A DNA stretch of 63,954 bases, the filler included, from Conidiobolus incongruus B7586 (lineage: Eukaryota), in the NCBI GenBank assembly GCA_000697335.1. It is 10 parts of 10 records of this genome, joined end to end, with 100 filler letters (N's around TTAATTAATTAA, not from the genome) between each part and the next. Parts side by side here need not be neighbours in the genome. Positions count along the whole stretch, not along the records: positions 49,725 to 52,530 come from JNEM01006721.1; positions 52,631 to 60,185 come from JNEM01006722.1; positions 60,286 to 61,924 come from JNEM01006723.1; positions 62,025 to 63,954 come from JNEM01006729.1; 6 more parts are not named here. The stretch is one strand, 5' to 3'. Made by a program: the position numbers and the translations under genes. Shown here piece by piece: positions 49,725-62,152 of this stretch. Each line of letters starts with the position of its first letter. Within the stretch, counting starts at the first letter, position 1. Below the pieces are notes generated by a model. The model saw nothing but the letters and a program-made list of their open reading frames with translations. It did no database searches and had not been told where the DNA came from.

Positions 49725-52530
49725 TATTATATATATATATTATATATAAGAAATATATATTTTCAAACTATATATATATATATATTCAATTTTAATTATT
49801 TTTTTATGAAAATATTTTGATTTTAATTTTTATATTTAAATTTAATTATATTTAAACTCAATTATAGTTATCAAAAGGCTTTTATTTTTGTATCTTTAAA
49901 ACTTAACTATAAATTTTTTAAAATTATCTAAAACTTGCAAATAGCATATAAAGATAATGTTTTATCTAAAACTACCATATATTGCTGGATTTGTGATTTT
50001 AAAGCTAGAAAAAATATTATTTAAAGTTTATCAAAATTTAAATAATTAATTTCTACTACTATTTTTTCACTTAATAATAAATTAAAAAAATATATTAAAA
50101 AATACCTTTTTATTTATATTAAAGAAATATTAAAGCAATTTGATATTAATTATTCAAGCATATTATATTTACTTAAGTTTAAACTTAAATTAATTAATAA
50201 AAATACAAAATGGATATTTTATAATTTAATATCAACTTAAAAGAAAACCAGAGTAATTATAGCTAAACTAAACTTATTAAGGTATAACCAAAAACAAAGG
50301 TTTTTATAGTAAATACTTATAATTAATGAATCTTAAATTTTTTTATATAATCTTTTACTTAAAAATAAAATAAGATATTAGGTTAAACTTATTTAATTCT
50401 TATTATAAATTCCAATAAATAAATATTTTGAATATAAACAAATATTAATTATTGAAATATATTTTAATGATATATGATTTTTTTATTTAATATCTCAAGG
50501 AAAATTGAATAATAGTAAATTATATACACTAACCCACAAAAGTAAGTTATAAAATCAAAAACACCTATATTTTTACTAATAACTTGATTAATATTTAATG
50601 AAATAAACCTAAATTAAATAATTAAAATCTATTATATTTATTAGTTATATATATCATTAAATAATGATATTTAGCTATTAATTGGCTAAAATATAAACCC
50701 TTAAATTTTACCTAAGATGAGTTATAAATTTGTAGGTTTTTGGTGATAAAAAAAAATTAAAACCTAGTGTATCCACCTTTAGCTTTTCTAACTTCTTTAA
50801 GTTTGTGGGGTATAAAATCAATTAACTTCTTACACTAGGAAGGGTTAATCTTGTTCTATGCTTCTTGAACATATTCCTAAAGTTGATCTAAATTTTTTAC
50901 TGGGGGGAAAGCTTTAATAGCTTTTTTTAACTAATCCCAAAGGTGTTTAATTAGATTAAAGTTAGGAGATTGAAGAGGCTACTTCATAACTGTTATCTTG
51001 TTATTTTTAAGCTATTTGGTAGTAGAAGCTATAGTATAGCAAGAGGCATTATCTTGCTGGAAAATAACATCAGATTTGTTTAACCCATATTATTTAATGG
51101 TTTTTTTCAATTTATTGTTTAGAATACTTTGGTATATCTCAACATTAATTCCCCTATTAACTTTACAAAGATACCTTACACCTAAAGACAACATACATCC
51201 CTAAATAATAATTAACCCACTACTATACTTTTGGGTAGAATTAATATGATGGTCACAAAATAGTTCTACATCTTTTCTGAAGCATCTAGCTTTTTTATCA
51301 AATCCACTAAGGTATATTTTTGTTTCATCAAACTAAATAACCTTACTCTAATCAGTTTTAGTTCAACATTAGTGGCAACATTCAAACTCCCACCTAGCTT
51401 TATAGTGGGATTTCTTTAGTTGGGGGTGTTTTTTCTTAAGGTGTGAGTGGTATCCATGCTAATGTAAAACATATATAATAGTATCAATGCTAACTAATAT
51501 TCTTGTATAGTCTCACAGTTCTTGCTATATTTCTACAGTAGTACTACACTTGCTTGTACTAACTAACCTACAGATATACTTCTTATCATGTTCATCTATA
51601 ATTTTAACACACTTAAGTTTAGGTTTAAATGTTTCTTTATTGCTATTCTTAACAGCTTTAGCTATAGTAGACTAGCTAACACTAGTAATTCTAGCAATAT
51701 CATAAGTTAATTTACCTTCTTTATAAAGTTAATTAATGCACAAGTAGATTTTTTTAAAGAGGGATTTAAGTATAATGATACTAATAAAAAAAATTTAGTA
51801 TATCTGTAAAATATTATATAAAATAATAGCAAAGAGAGAAAAAAGATATAGTTATATATTGTTAAATATATCCCCTTATCTCAAAAACCTGTAAATTTAT
51901 AACTCACCTTGGTTAAATATTAAGGGTTAATATTTTTGCTAATAGTTTACTAAATATATCTAAATATATTTATCTATTATTAAATAATATACCTTAATTA
52001 TATATTATAGTTTCAAGTAATCTAATATATACAATTGTTTTAGTTATTAATTAAAATATATATATTTTTGATTTTATGACTCACTTTTGCAGGTTAGTGT
52101 ATTATCTTTTTAAATAAAACAATTTCTAAATGGTATTCTCAATATATATTAAAAACACCTATTATTATTGATAATAATTATAAAATATATAAAGCTAAAG
52201 CTATAAAAGAATTTTTATATAAAAAAATAAAGGTAGTTATTATATCTAATACATTTGCCTTATTATAACCTATATGATGATAATTGTTTTATATAATTAA
52301 AAAAATAGCTTGCAAGAAAAGAATCCTTATAAACAAATTAAATTAGTTTGTAAAAAATCAAATTTCACTTTTTAATAAAAAGAACTATTTTTAAGATATT
52401 AGAAGCTTACTAAAAATATAGAAAAGAGTTATTAATAATAAAGAAGGTTATTAATTTTGTATTATTCATTAATTTTTATATATTATTTATTATATTATTT
52501 GTTTAATTTTTATTTTAATATTGTATTATA
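49725..52530 (+). mobile_element. Mariner relic (subfamily A) interrupted by a nested Tc1 element
   Basis: 49745-50526 plus 52102-52448 together are the reverse complement of 1-1140. Confidence 0.88.
50527..52099 (-). mobile_element. Tc1-like (DD34E) transposon relic with TIRs and TA target duplication; transposase relic ~51773->50757
   Basis: TIRs CACTAACCCACAAAAGTAAGTTATAAAATCAAAAA / TTTTTGATTTTATGACTCACTTTTGCAGGTTAGTG flanked by TA. Translation VI*FDETKI, II*GCM, FQQDNASCYT, *PLQSPNFNLIKHLW and AKGGYTRF* is a decayed Tc1 with D-(34)-E spacing. Confidence 0.93.
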
Positions 52531-52630
52531 NNNNNNNNNNNNNNNNNNNNNNNNNNNNNNNNNNNNNNNNNNNNTTAATTAATTAANNNNNNNNNNNNNN
52601 NNNNNNNNNNNNNNNNNNNNNNNNNNNNNN
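52531..52630. other. Artificial scaffold gap linker
   Basis: N44-TTAATTAATTAA-N44. Confidence 0.97.
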
Positions 52631-53998
52631 TTATATAATTTTTTTATATATAATTTTTATTTTAAATTATACAAATATTTATAAAAACTATATATTTTAT
52701 AATATATATATATAATAATTTTTTAATATAACTGAAAAATAATTATAAAATTTACAAAAATACTGTATATATTATTATTATTAAAAATAACATAATAATT
52801 TTATTCATTAAATAATATAAATTATTATATTTATAAGTCATATAGTTAAGAATATTTAAATTAATAAATAATGCTTTAATAAAAGCATCTGATATTTTAG
52901 TTGCTTTTATTTGCATTATAAAAGCATAACTTTTTTTGAACAATAAAAAGACATCCTTTGGTTTTTACACTTATCTTTCATTTAACTTTATAACAGAATT
53001 TGACAGTTCTTTTATTTTGATAGGATGACTTCATATAACAATATTCTTAACGCTGATTGTCACCATTCTGATACTTATGGAATTGTAAACAACAGAGTTT
53101 TATAAAAAAATATTTTTAATTAATAACTATATTTTAATATAAACAACAAATAAATCTGACTTATATTATAAGTTATAATTTTTTAATTATTTTCTAAATT
53201 ATTAAAATGATATATTAAAAAAACTATTTAATAAATATACTATCAAAATTTATATTCAACTATTAAATATTATAATAATAAATTTAATATAAATTATAAT
53301 ATTATATATATATATATATATAATTGAATTATATGAATTTTTTATAGAAATATAATCAATAAATATGTTAGCAATTGATATATTATTAAATCAAAGGATT
53401 AACAATATATTTTATCAGCGTCATTTAATAACAGAAACTTATAAATTTAAATCAAAGTCAAAAGAAAATTGAGGTTAAATTTAGTTAATATAATCAATCT
53501 AAATACATACATATATATTTTTGATCTTGTAATTTTTTATTAGTATTTATCCTGATTATATTATATAAACAGTATAAAAAGGAGCTAAAAATATGACTTC
53601 GTAAATGCTATCAAATCTTATACTAAACATAATAAATTCTAGATATTTGAAAGCACTAATATACATATTGATATCTTAGTTATTGATGATCTTTCAAGAA
53701 TTTTGACATTAATATTAAATATTAGAATAAACAAAATTAATATATGTACCATTTATTTGCATTAAAGCTATAGAATTTATATGCAAGCTAACTAATATTG
53801 TATATTCTTATTGAAACTCATAGTAAATGAAATTTAAAATAGATCAAAATATTTCAATTTCCATAATATCATTACATTATATAACAATTCAAATTATATT
53901 AATTTGCTACTTTTTGAGTTATGTCATACTATTTATCATAATTTTGTTCTATACCAGTCTTATATATTATAAAATATCGATATGAATGATTCTAAATA

Positions 53999-54255
53999 AG
54001 ATAATATGGAAATGTGACAATTTTAGTCAAAATTATCGTAATTTTTATTAGTAGTGATAAGTAAATAAGATAACCAAAATTTATATCTTATCAAATCCTT
54101 ATCAGTTAATATTAAAAATTAGTCTTCAAATCAAGTAAAATTGATAAATTACAAAAATGAATGGATTAATTACATCATAAATCGATCTGATTGGTTATGA
54201 CATAATTTGTAAAGCAAATTAAATATTTGATAATGTGTGAAAGAAATATAAATAG
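53999..54255 (+). promoter_or_regulatory. Ferritin 1 promoter: GATAA cluster, CCAAT box, TATA
   Basis: Eight GATAA/TTATC sites within 54000-54235, ATTGG at 54190 and TATAAATA at ~54247. Confidence 0.5.
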
Positions 54256-54337
54256 TCAGAGAAATTCTCAAATATTACAATATAACTAATTGAAATTTTA
54301 AAAAGTAAAAATTTTAATCTCAGTCACATAACACAAA

Positions 54338-54862
54338 ATGGCTTCAGCTTTAGCTCGTCAAAATTTTGCTGCCGCCTCTGAAGAAGGGGTTAACCAACAA
54401 ATTAATATGGAATACCGTGCTTCAATGGTATATGCTTCTATGGCTGCTTACTTTGATCGTGATAACGTCTCACTTCCTGGACTTGCCAAGTTCTTCCGCA
54501 AGAGCAGTCATGAAGAACGCGACCATGCTGAAAAATTGATTGATTACTTGAATCAAAGAGGAGGACGAGTTCAAATTCAAACAATTGACGGACCTGATGT
54601 AGAATTCGAGTCAGCTGTTTCTGCTGTCCAACTTGCTCTCCAGTTAGAAAAAGATGTTAATCGCTCCCTTCTTAACCTCTATAAAATCGCTGAACAACAC
54701 AATGATGGTCAAATGTCCCACTTTATTCAAACAGGATATCTTCAAGAGCAAGTAGAAGCTATCAAACAACTTAGCGATTATGTCACTCAGCTCAATCGTG
54801 TTGGCGGTGATGGACTTGGCCTTTACCTTTGGGATCAAAACCTTCTTAAGAGTTTGAACTGA
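54338..54862 (+). CDS. Ferritin (H-type ferroxidase centre), variant three-fold channel
   Basis: RQNF, QINMEYRASMVY, SHEERDHAEKL, NQRGGRV, LEKDVN and EQVEAI. Confidence 0.96.
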   Translation: MASALARQNFAAASEEGVNQQINMEYRASMVYASMAAYFDRDNVSLPGLAKFFRKSSHEERDHAEKLIDYLNQRGGRVQIQTIDGPDVEFESAVSAVQLALQLEKDVNRSLLNLYKIAEQHNDGQMSHFIQTGYLQEQVEAIKQLSDYVTQLNRVGGDGLGLYLWDQNLLKSLN

Positions 54863-56999
54863 ATACTGATACTTTTTGTAATTATATATCTATAACCATT
54901 AATAGCATTAATAAACAAAATAATCATGATTATCATACAACTCAAATGGATCATTTGAGCAAACTCTTTTAGAATTATCTAATGTTTGAATTTATCCATC
55001 ATCGCTTTATGTTCAGTTAGTGGTAAGATTTTTTAACTTAATTTTTTTCACTATATAGAATCTGGTTAAATTGAGAGTTCTATACTTCAAGGTAAATTTA
55101 TAAAATATGGATTAATGAATGATCAAAATAGGGTATTCAAAAGATAAAATGGTATATCAATTGCTAAATATAACTTGATTCTAACATGAACCTTGCCGAT
55201 TAGGAATGACTATATCAATTGTATAAAAAATAATTGGAATTTGAATCGTAATTTTAATAAGAAGCCCCTTTTATATTTAGTGATAGAACCATACTTTGTT
55301 GATTCAACTTTTTACCATCTAACCATATAAAATAAGATAAGCAATTAGTAGCATATTGATATAAAATCTTCATCAGATAATCCCCTATATTTACCCCATA
55401 CATTATATTGCTATAATTGTTTAATATTCAAAATGTTTATCTATTGGTATTAGTTTTTTGATTATCAATATTTCCATTATACGTTTTAATTATATTCTAG
55501 TTCCAAATTAACATTTGGATTGAATAGTGTATAGACTTAAAACCCAAAGTTTACTTGAAGCCGAATGTCTTATACAGCATGTATACTAGATACAATCAAT
55601 CATTTCATATTTTTGCCCCTCTTGAGATATTTGTATCTGATTAAAACTAGGTACATACAAGATTCTTATGGATTTGGATATAATATTCTTCAATATATAA
55701 TAAAATTGATACTCAATTTTTATTTTGAATGTCTTTAATTTCTACTTAATTATTATTACTTTTTTTCATTATATAATATATTGTATATATTTTATTTAAT
55801 ATAATATTTTATGTTATTTTTAATATCAATTGATTGTTATATTAATTATATATTAGTTATATTTCATCTTTTTAATTATATTAGCTGACTGATCTAGATT
55901 TGAGTTTTGCCAACATTTCTCATGCTCTACAGTTTTTAACAAATATTTCTTCAGGTCCAAGTGGATCGTTAATGGTGAGGAAAGGTAAGTATCCATTTTG
56001 ATAGAGTTAATAATATTTGATCCACTCAATATCGTCATTGACTTTGCATTATTAATATTGATTTAATTATACAATATCCTTAATTAATAAGCTTGAATTA
56101 ATTGAGTATTGCATTTAACTAATTATGATCTAATTCTTGATTAATTTCTAATAATAATAATAATAAATGAAATCAAACTTGAACAACGCATTCAATATAA
56201 ATCATAAAAAGCTTAGAAAACTCCAAGGATTTAAATACAATTTGCGTCATTATTTTGTTTCATATCTAGTGGCTTATTGAAATATGTTTTAATTTAGATA
56301 AAGTTTTATACAAAATTATATTCAAAAATTGATGTAACTTCAATCTGAGGATAAAATGTTGACTATGTTTGTATATTTAAAATCACATTAATGTAACATG
56401 GTATAAAATACTATTAATGACCATTATTTAAAATTGCTTAACGAATCAAAATTTTGAAAAGATTACCAAAATCCATCATGGACATATTCTTTATTCCACA
56501 TTAATCATGGAGAATTAACCACATAAATTAAAATATCAAGATATATTAATCAAATAATGTTCATAACCAAATTTTTCATAGATTGATAAGATGAAATTTA
56601 AAAAGATTAATTGGAGATAGATTATTATTCAAAACTTGGTTAATTTAATATTTTAAATGGATATTTTATTAAATTGAAAATATTAAACCAACAGAATATC
56701 TGATTTTGAAATATTTTTCTATAAAAATCATTTTACTATTATACTTTTTAAGTACTTAAATCTTTCAAGCCTAGTTCTTGTTATAAGTAGTGGTATTGTT
56801 GTACAATTAATGATTGGATTACAATTTTAATAAATTTTGTTTGTATATTAGGTTAATAAAAAATAAAGAAAGGTTATTTTTTATTATATTTATACAACTA
56901 AGAATAATATGAATATTGTTATAGAATATATTGATTTTTCTTTGGTTAAAAACGGATTGAGGTCGGCCCTCATAATCCTGCATATGTGAACAGTATTAT

Positions 57000-57220
57000 G
57001 ATTGGATGAGAAAATTGATTAATATTTTATGTTGATTAGAAATATTGATAATCATTATCTTGATCGTTATCAGTGTAGATAATGATTAAGATTAAAAATA
57101 GATAATAAGATGATTTTTAATTAAAATAATCATTTTGTTTGGGAAGATTTGATTGGATAATGTTGGGAAATGAAATCATGATGATTTGAATTGAAATCAG
57201 ACTTGGATGGATATAAAAAC
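57000..57220 (+). promoter_or_regulatory. Ferritin 2 promoter: GATAA cluster, CCAAT boxes, TATA
   Basis: Six GATAA/TTATC sites within 57045-57160, ATTGG at 57001 and 57152, and TATAAAA at 57212. Confidence 0.5.
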
Positions 57221-57302
57221 CCCCAAAACTATTCACTCTTTACTATTATCAATTAAGATTCAATCAAATTTAATAATAATTTATATATAATCAATAATTA
57301 AA

Positions 57303-57827
57303 ATGTCTGCTGGATTAGCTCGTCAAAACTTCTCCTCTGCCTCTGAAGAAGGTATCAATCAACAAATCAACATGGAATACCGTGCTTCAATGGTATATGC
57401 TTCTATGTCTGCTTTCTTTGCCCGTGATAACATTGCTCTCCCTGGTCTTGCCAAATTCTTCCGCAAGAGCAGCCACGAAGAAAGAGAGCACGCCGAAAAA
57501 TTGACTGATTACTTGAACCAAAGAGGTGGTCGTGTACAATTACAAACTGTTGATGGACCTCAAGTCGAATTCGACTCTGCCGTTGCTGCTGTTCAACTCG
57601 CCCTCCAACTTGAAAAGGATGTCAACAAGTCTTTATTGAATCTCCACAAGATTGCTGATGAACATAACGATCCCCAAATGTGCGACTTCATTGAATCTGA
57701 ATTCTTAAATGAACAAGTTGAAGGTATCAACCAATTAGCCAACTACGTCACACAACTCAACCGTGTTGGTGGTGATGGTCTTGGTCTCTACCTCTGGGAC
57801 CAAAATTTACTCAACAGCTTGAACTAG
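57303..57827 (+). CDS. Ferritin (canonical H-type)
   Basis: All ferroxidase ligands plus canonical LLNLH and DPQMCDFIESEFLNEQVE; strong codon bias. Confidence 0.97.
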   Translation: MSAGLARQNFSSASEEGINQQINMEYRASMVYASMSAFFARDNIALPGLAKFFRKSSHEEREHAEKLTDYLNQRGGRVQLQTVDGPQVEFDSAVAAVQLALQLEKDVNKSLLNLHKIADEHNDPQMCDFIESEFLNEQVEGINQLANYVTQLNRVGGDGLGLYLWDQNLLNSLN

Positions 57828-60185
57828 ATTCCTTGCATTCTCATAATTTGACTATAAATATTTGTAATATTATATTGTTATCTAAAAAATAAAAATAATA
57901 TATAAAAATGAAAACAGTATCAACTCATCAAGGTAAATTTATTAGCAATGTAATATTGAATATAGGGTATAATCTAATAGAACAAATATTTAATGGTTAT
58001 ACTGACTAAAGTTCTTTGAGACAATCGATTTTAAAGAAAAACAACTATAAAAAATTCTCACAATGAAAATATGCGGAATTTGTTAATATAGAATTATATT
58101 AAATTCATCCTAGTTTATTCATATTAATAAATATATCTATTACGTATGTGAATTTAGCAAATCACCCAGGAGTATTAGTGTATGGGTCAAAACAAACTAG
58201 TTAAAATGAATACAACTAAAATATATTATTTGTAAGGTTTTTTGCACTGTTTTCAACATTACAATTTTTGGGTAATATTACAAATTTTTGTAAGATATCA
58301 TCCAATATTGGCCCGACCATTAATATTCGAATAGATGGAAAATCTGAGTTTACAATTTTTGCTTAAATGACACAATTTGTTTTAATAATAAAGACTTTAT
58401 CTTTTGTATCTCCGATTCGACATGAAATACATTTTGCACATTAACCAAACTAAATTCTAAATCATTTTTAATCAATATAAGGTGACGTAATAATTAATAA
58501 TCTTTTCAGAACATTTGCTTAGAATTTAACACTTGTCCAATTTAAATAATACTAGTTTGATATTCAGTGCTATATCGTCTACTATTATTTGTCAACTAGT
58601 CTCTTAATATGATATTAAATATTAAAGTGAACTGAAGTAAATGAATGATCGTTAACTTTTATCAAATATTTATATTTGTTGTATTTCCTAATGCAAATAC
58701 TTTTACAATTTAATGTTTTAAATGATAATATTTTAAAAATTTTATGAATTGAATCCAATTATTGTATTTATTAGTTTCACACTTAATTTTTAGATTAATG
58801 GTTTTTGTATTTGCATTGTTAAATATTTATTATGTACTTTGGTTTTTCCAATTATATCCAAATTTAATTAAAACCATTTAAAAATATGAATATATTTATA
58901 AAAGTTAAAGAATTATAAAATAACCTTCTTAAACTGAATAGCTGTAAATCTGAAATTTTAAAGGAATTTTAGATATCATTTGAAATTAAAATAATGAACT
59001 TTAAATCTTTAATAATTATCAAAAGTTAATTAATTTTAAAATAGGATATATTAAAAATCAATTAATAATTCTATAGATTAATTAAACTTCTATTAAAGTA
59101 TTTACTAGATGATATTTGGATAAATCTTAATATATATTATTTTAATCAATAAATACACAAATAAAATTATAATATAATTATATACTTATATTTATCTGAT
59201 TTACAACCATGACAAACTTTTTTATTTGAATAATTATAAACATATTATGCTTATTCAATCTTGGATCTGTAATTTAAAAATTGGTAATATCTTTTTAGGT
59301 TCATATCACAATGGAAGTATATTGTTTTCATCCTAAAGTTCAGCTAAGTATAACTTTTATAATACTATTATCCAAGTGGATTATACATCAATTTATAGAC
59401 TTTAACTAGTTCAGATATATTAATAAAATTAATAGGATCTTCCTTAGCTATAGTTTAAATAAATTTGAAAATTTAGGATTAAAATTATAAAATATTAGGC
59501 TTTTAAAAGTATAGATCTTTGTTTGTGATTTTTTATTATAAATTTTACTCGGTAATTATACTTTGTCAAATATTGTTTAAGAATTTTATTATTAATATAT
59601 TAGTCATTACTATTATGGTTATTATTGAAATTTTATATTATATATCGAATGAATATTAAACCTAGTTGATTTATTAATTTTAGACTAAATTTTAGAATAT
59701 TAAACTATATCTTTATTTTTATTTCAATATAATATTATTTAATAAATATAGATTCAAAAAATAATTTATATAATGGTTAAATTATTTATTATATATATTG
59801 TTATAATTTAAATCATATTGTATATATTTATATTATGATAATTATTTTAATATCCAATAAATAACCTTATTTCAAATTAAATTTCAAAAAAATATTCAAA
59901 TAAGATAATTAAAAATTAAAATTTAATTTTTTTTAACTTTTAATTGTTATTATTATGTATTTAATTGCTATTATATCAAAATATAAAATATAATCCATTA
60001 TTTTTGAAATATTAATTTTAATATTATATATCAAGTTATTATAATTTTATTAATTATCTATTACTATACTTTCTAATTATATAAATAATCAAAATCTATA
60101 AATTATAATCTATTTAGTATTTTAAATATTTTTTCTTAATTAATTGTTAATAAAAAATTTTTTTATAAATATAATATTTTAAACT

Positions 60186-60285
60186 NNNNNNNNNNNNNNN
60201 NNNNNNNNNNNNNNNNNNNNNNNNNNNNNTTAATTAATTAANNNNNNNNNNNNNNNNNNNNNNNNNNNNNNNNNNNNNNNNNNNN
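60186..60285. other. Artificial scaffold gap linker
   Basis: N44-TTAATTAATTAA-N44. Confidence 0.97.
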
Positions 60286-60342
60286 TAATTAATTAAAAAA
60301 AATAATTTTATTAAATAATTATATTTCAAAAAATATATTATA

Positions 60343-61924
60343 TATTAACTTGCAAAAGTAAATTATAAAATCAAAAACACTTATATTTTTACTAATAACT
60401 TCATTAATATTTAATAAAATAAACCTAAATTAAATAATTAAAATCTATAATATTTATTAATAATATATATTAATAATATATATTATTGAATGATGATATT
60501 TAGTTATTAATTAACTAATTATAAACCATTAAATCTTATTTAAGGTGAGTTATTAATTTATAGGTTTTTAGTGATAAAAAAATTAAAACCTAGTATATCT
60601 ACCTTTAGCTTTTTTAACTTCTTTAAATTTGTGGGGTATAGAATCAACTAACTTTTTATACTAAAAAAGGTTAATCTTGTTTTATGTTTCTTAAACATAT
60701 TTTTAAAACTAATTTAAATTTTTTGCTAAAAGGAAAGCTTTAATAGCCTTTTTTAACTGATCCTAAAAATATTTAATTAAGTTAAAATTAAAAGATTAAA
60801 GAAGCTATTTTATAACTAATATCTTACTATTTTTAAGCTATTTGGTAGTAAAAGCTATAATATAGCAAAAGGCATTATCTTATTAGATAATAATATTAAA
60901 TTTGTTTAACCTATATTATTCAATGTTTTTTTTCAATTTATTATTTAGAATACTTTAGTATATTTCAATATTAATTCCCCTATTAACTTTACAAAGATAC
61001 CTTATATTTAAAAATAATATATATTCTTAAATAATAATTAACCTGCTATAATACTTTTAGGTAAAATTAACATAATAGTCATAAAGTAATTTTATATCTT
61101 TTTTATAGTATTTAACTTTTTTATTAAATTTACTAAAATATATTTTTAATTTATTAAACTAAATAACTTTATTTTAATTAATTTTAATTTAATATTAATA
61201 ATAATATTTAAACTTGCATCTAACTTTATAATTGGATTTCTTTAATTGGGGGTGTTTTTTCTTAAGAAATAAGTGGTATCTATGTTAATATAAAGTACAT
61301 ATAATAGTATTAGTGCTAATTAATATTCTTATATAGATTTATAGTTCCTGTTATATTTTATAATAGTATTATACTTATTTATATTAATCAACCTATAGAT
61401 ATACTTCTTATTATATTTATCAATAATTTTAACACACTTAAGTTTAAATTTAAATGTGTTTTTATTGCTATTCTTAATAGTTTTAACTATATTAGATTAG
61501 TTAACAATAATAATTCTAATAATATCATAAGTTGATTTATATTTTTTATTAAGTTAATTGATATACAAGTGGATTTCTTTAGAGAGGGATTTAAGTATAA
61601 TGATATTAATAAAAAAAATTTAATATATCTATAAAATATTATATAAAATAATAACAAAGAAAGAAAAAAGATATGGTTATATATTGTTAAATATATCCCT
61701 TTATCTTAAATACTTCCAAATTTATAACTTATTTTAATTAAATATTAAAGGTTAATATTTTTGCTAATAACTTATTAAATATATTGAAATATATTTATTT
61801 ATTATCAAATAATATATCTTAATTATATATTATAGTTTTAAATAATTTAATATATACAATTGTTTTAGTTATTAATTAAAATATATATATATATATTTGA
61901 TTTTATAATTTATTTTTACAGGTT
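60343..61924 (-). mobile_element. Tc1-like relic, copy 2 (more mutated; right TIR clipped by gap)
   Basis: Collinear with 50527-52099 throughout, differing mostly by C>T/G>A. Confidence 0.9.
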
Positions 61925-62024
61925 NNNNNNNNNNNNNNNNNNNNNNNNNNNNNNNNNNNNNNNNNNNNTTAATTAATTAANNNNNNNNNNNNNNNNNNNN
62001 NNNNNNNNNNNNNNNNNNNNNNNN
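61925..62024. other. Artificial scaffold gap linker
   Basis: N44-TTAATTAATTAA-N44. Confidence 0.97.
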
Positions 62025-62152
62025 TATATAATTTAAATATTTAAAAATTTTAAATAATATTTAAATATTAAATATATATTTTAAGTATAATATTTAATAT
62101 ATTATTATAATAAAAAAAATAAGTTATTATAAAAATAAAATATATTATTATA

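Noticed and set aside
57060..57085. CAGTGT near a small hairpin upstream of ferritin 2, resembling an iron-responsive element
   Set aside because: The stem does not close on the CAGUGN loop as an IRE requires, and it lies upstream of the TATA box (57212). Better explained as inverted GATAA sites.
1615..62024. Recurrent TTAATTAATTAA palindrome between N runs, resembling a regularly repeated motif
   Set aside because: An identical 100-nt construct at every gap; an artificial six-frame-stop scaffold linker, not biology. Adjacency across these gaps is not guaranteed.
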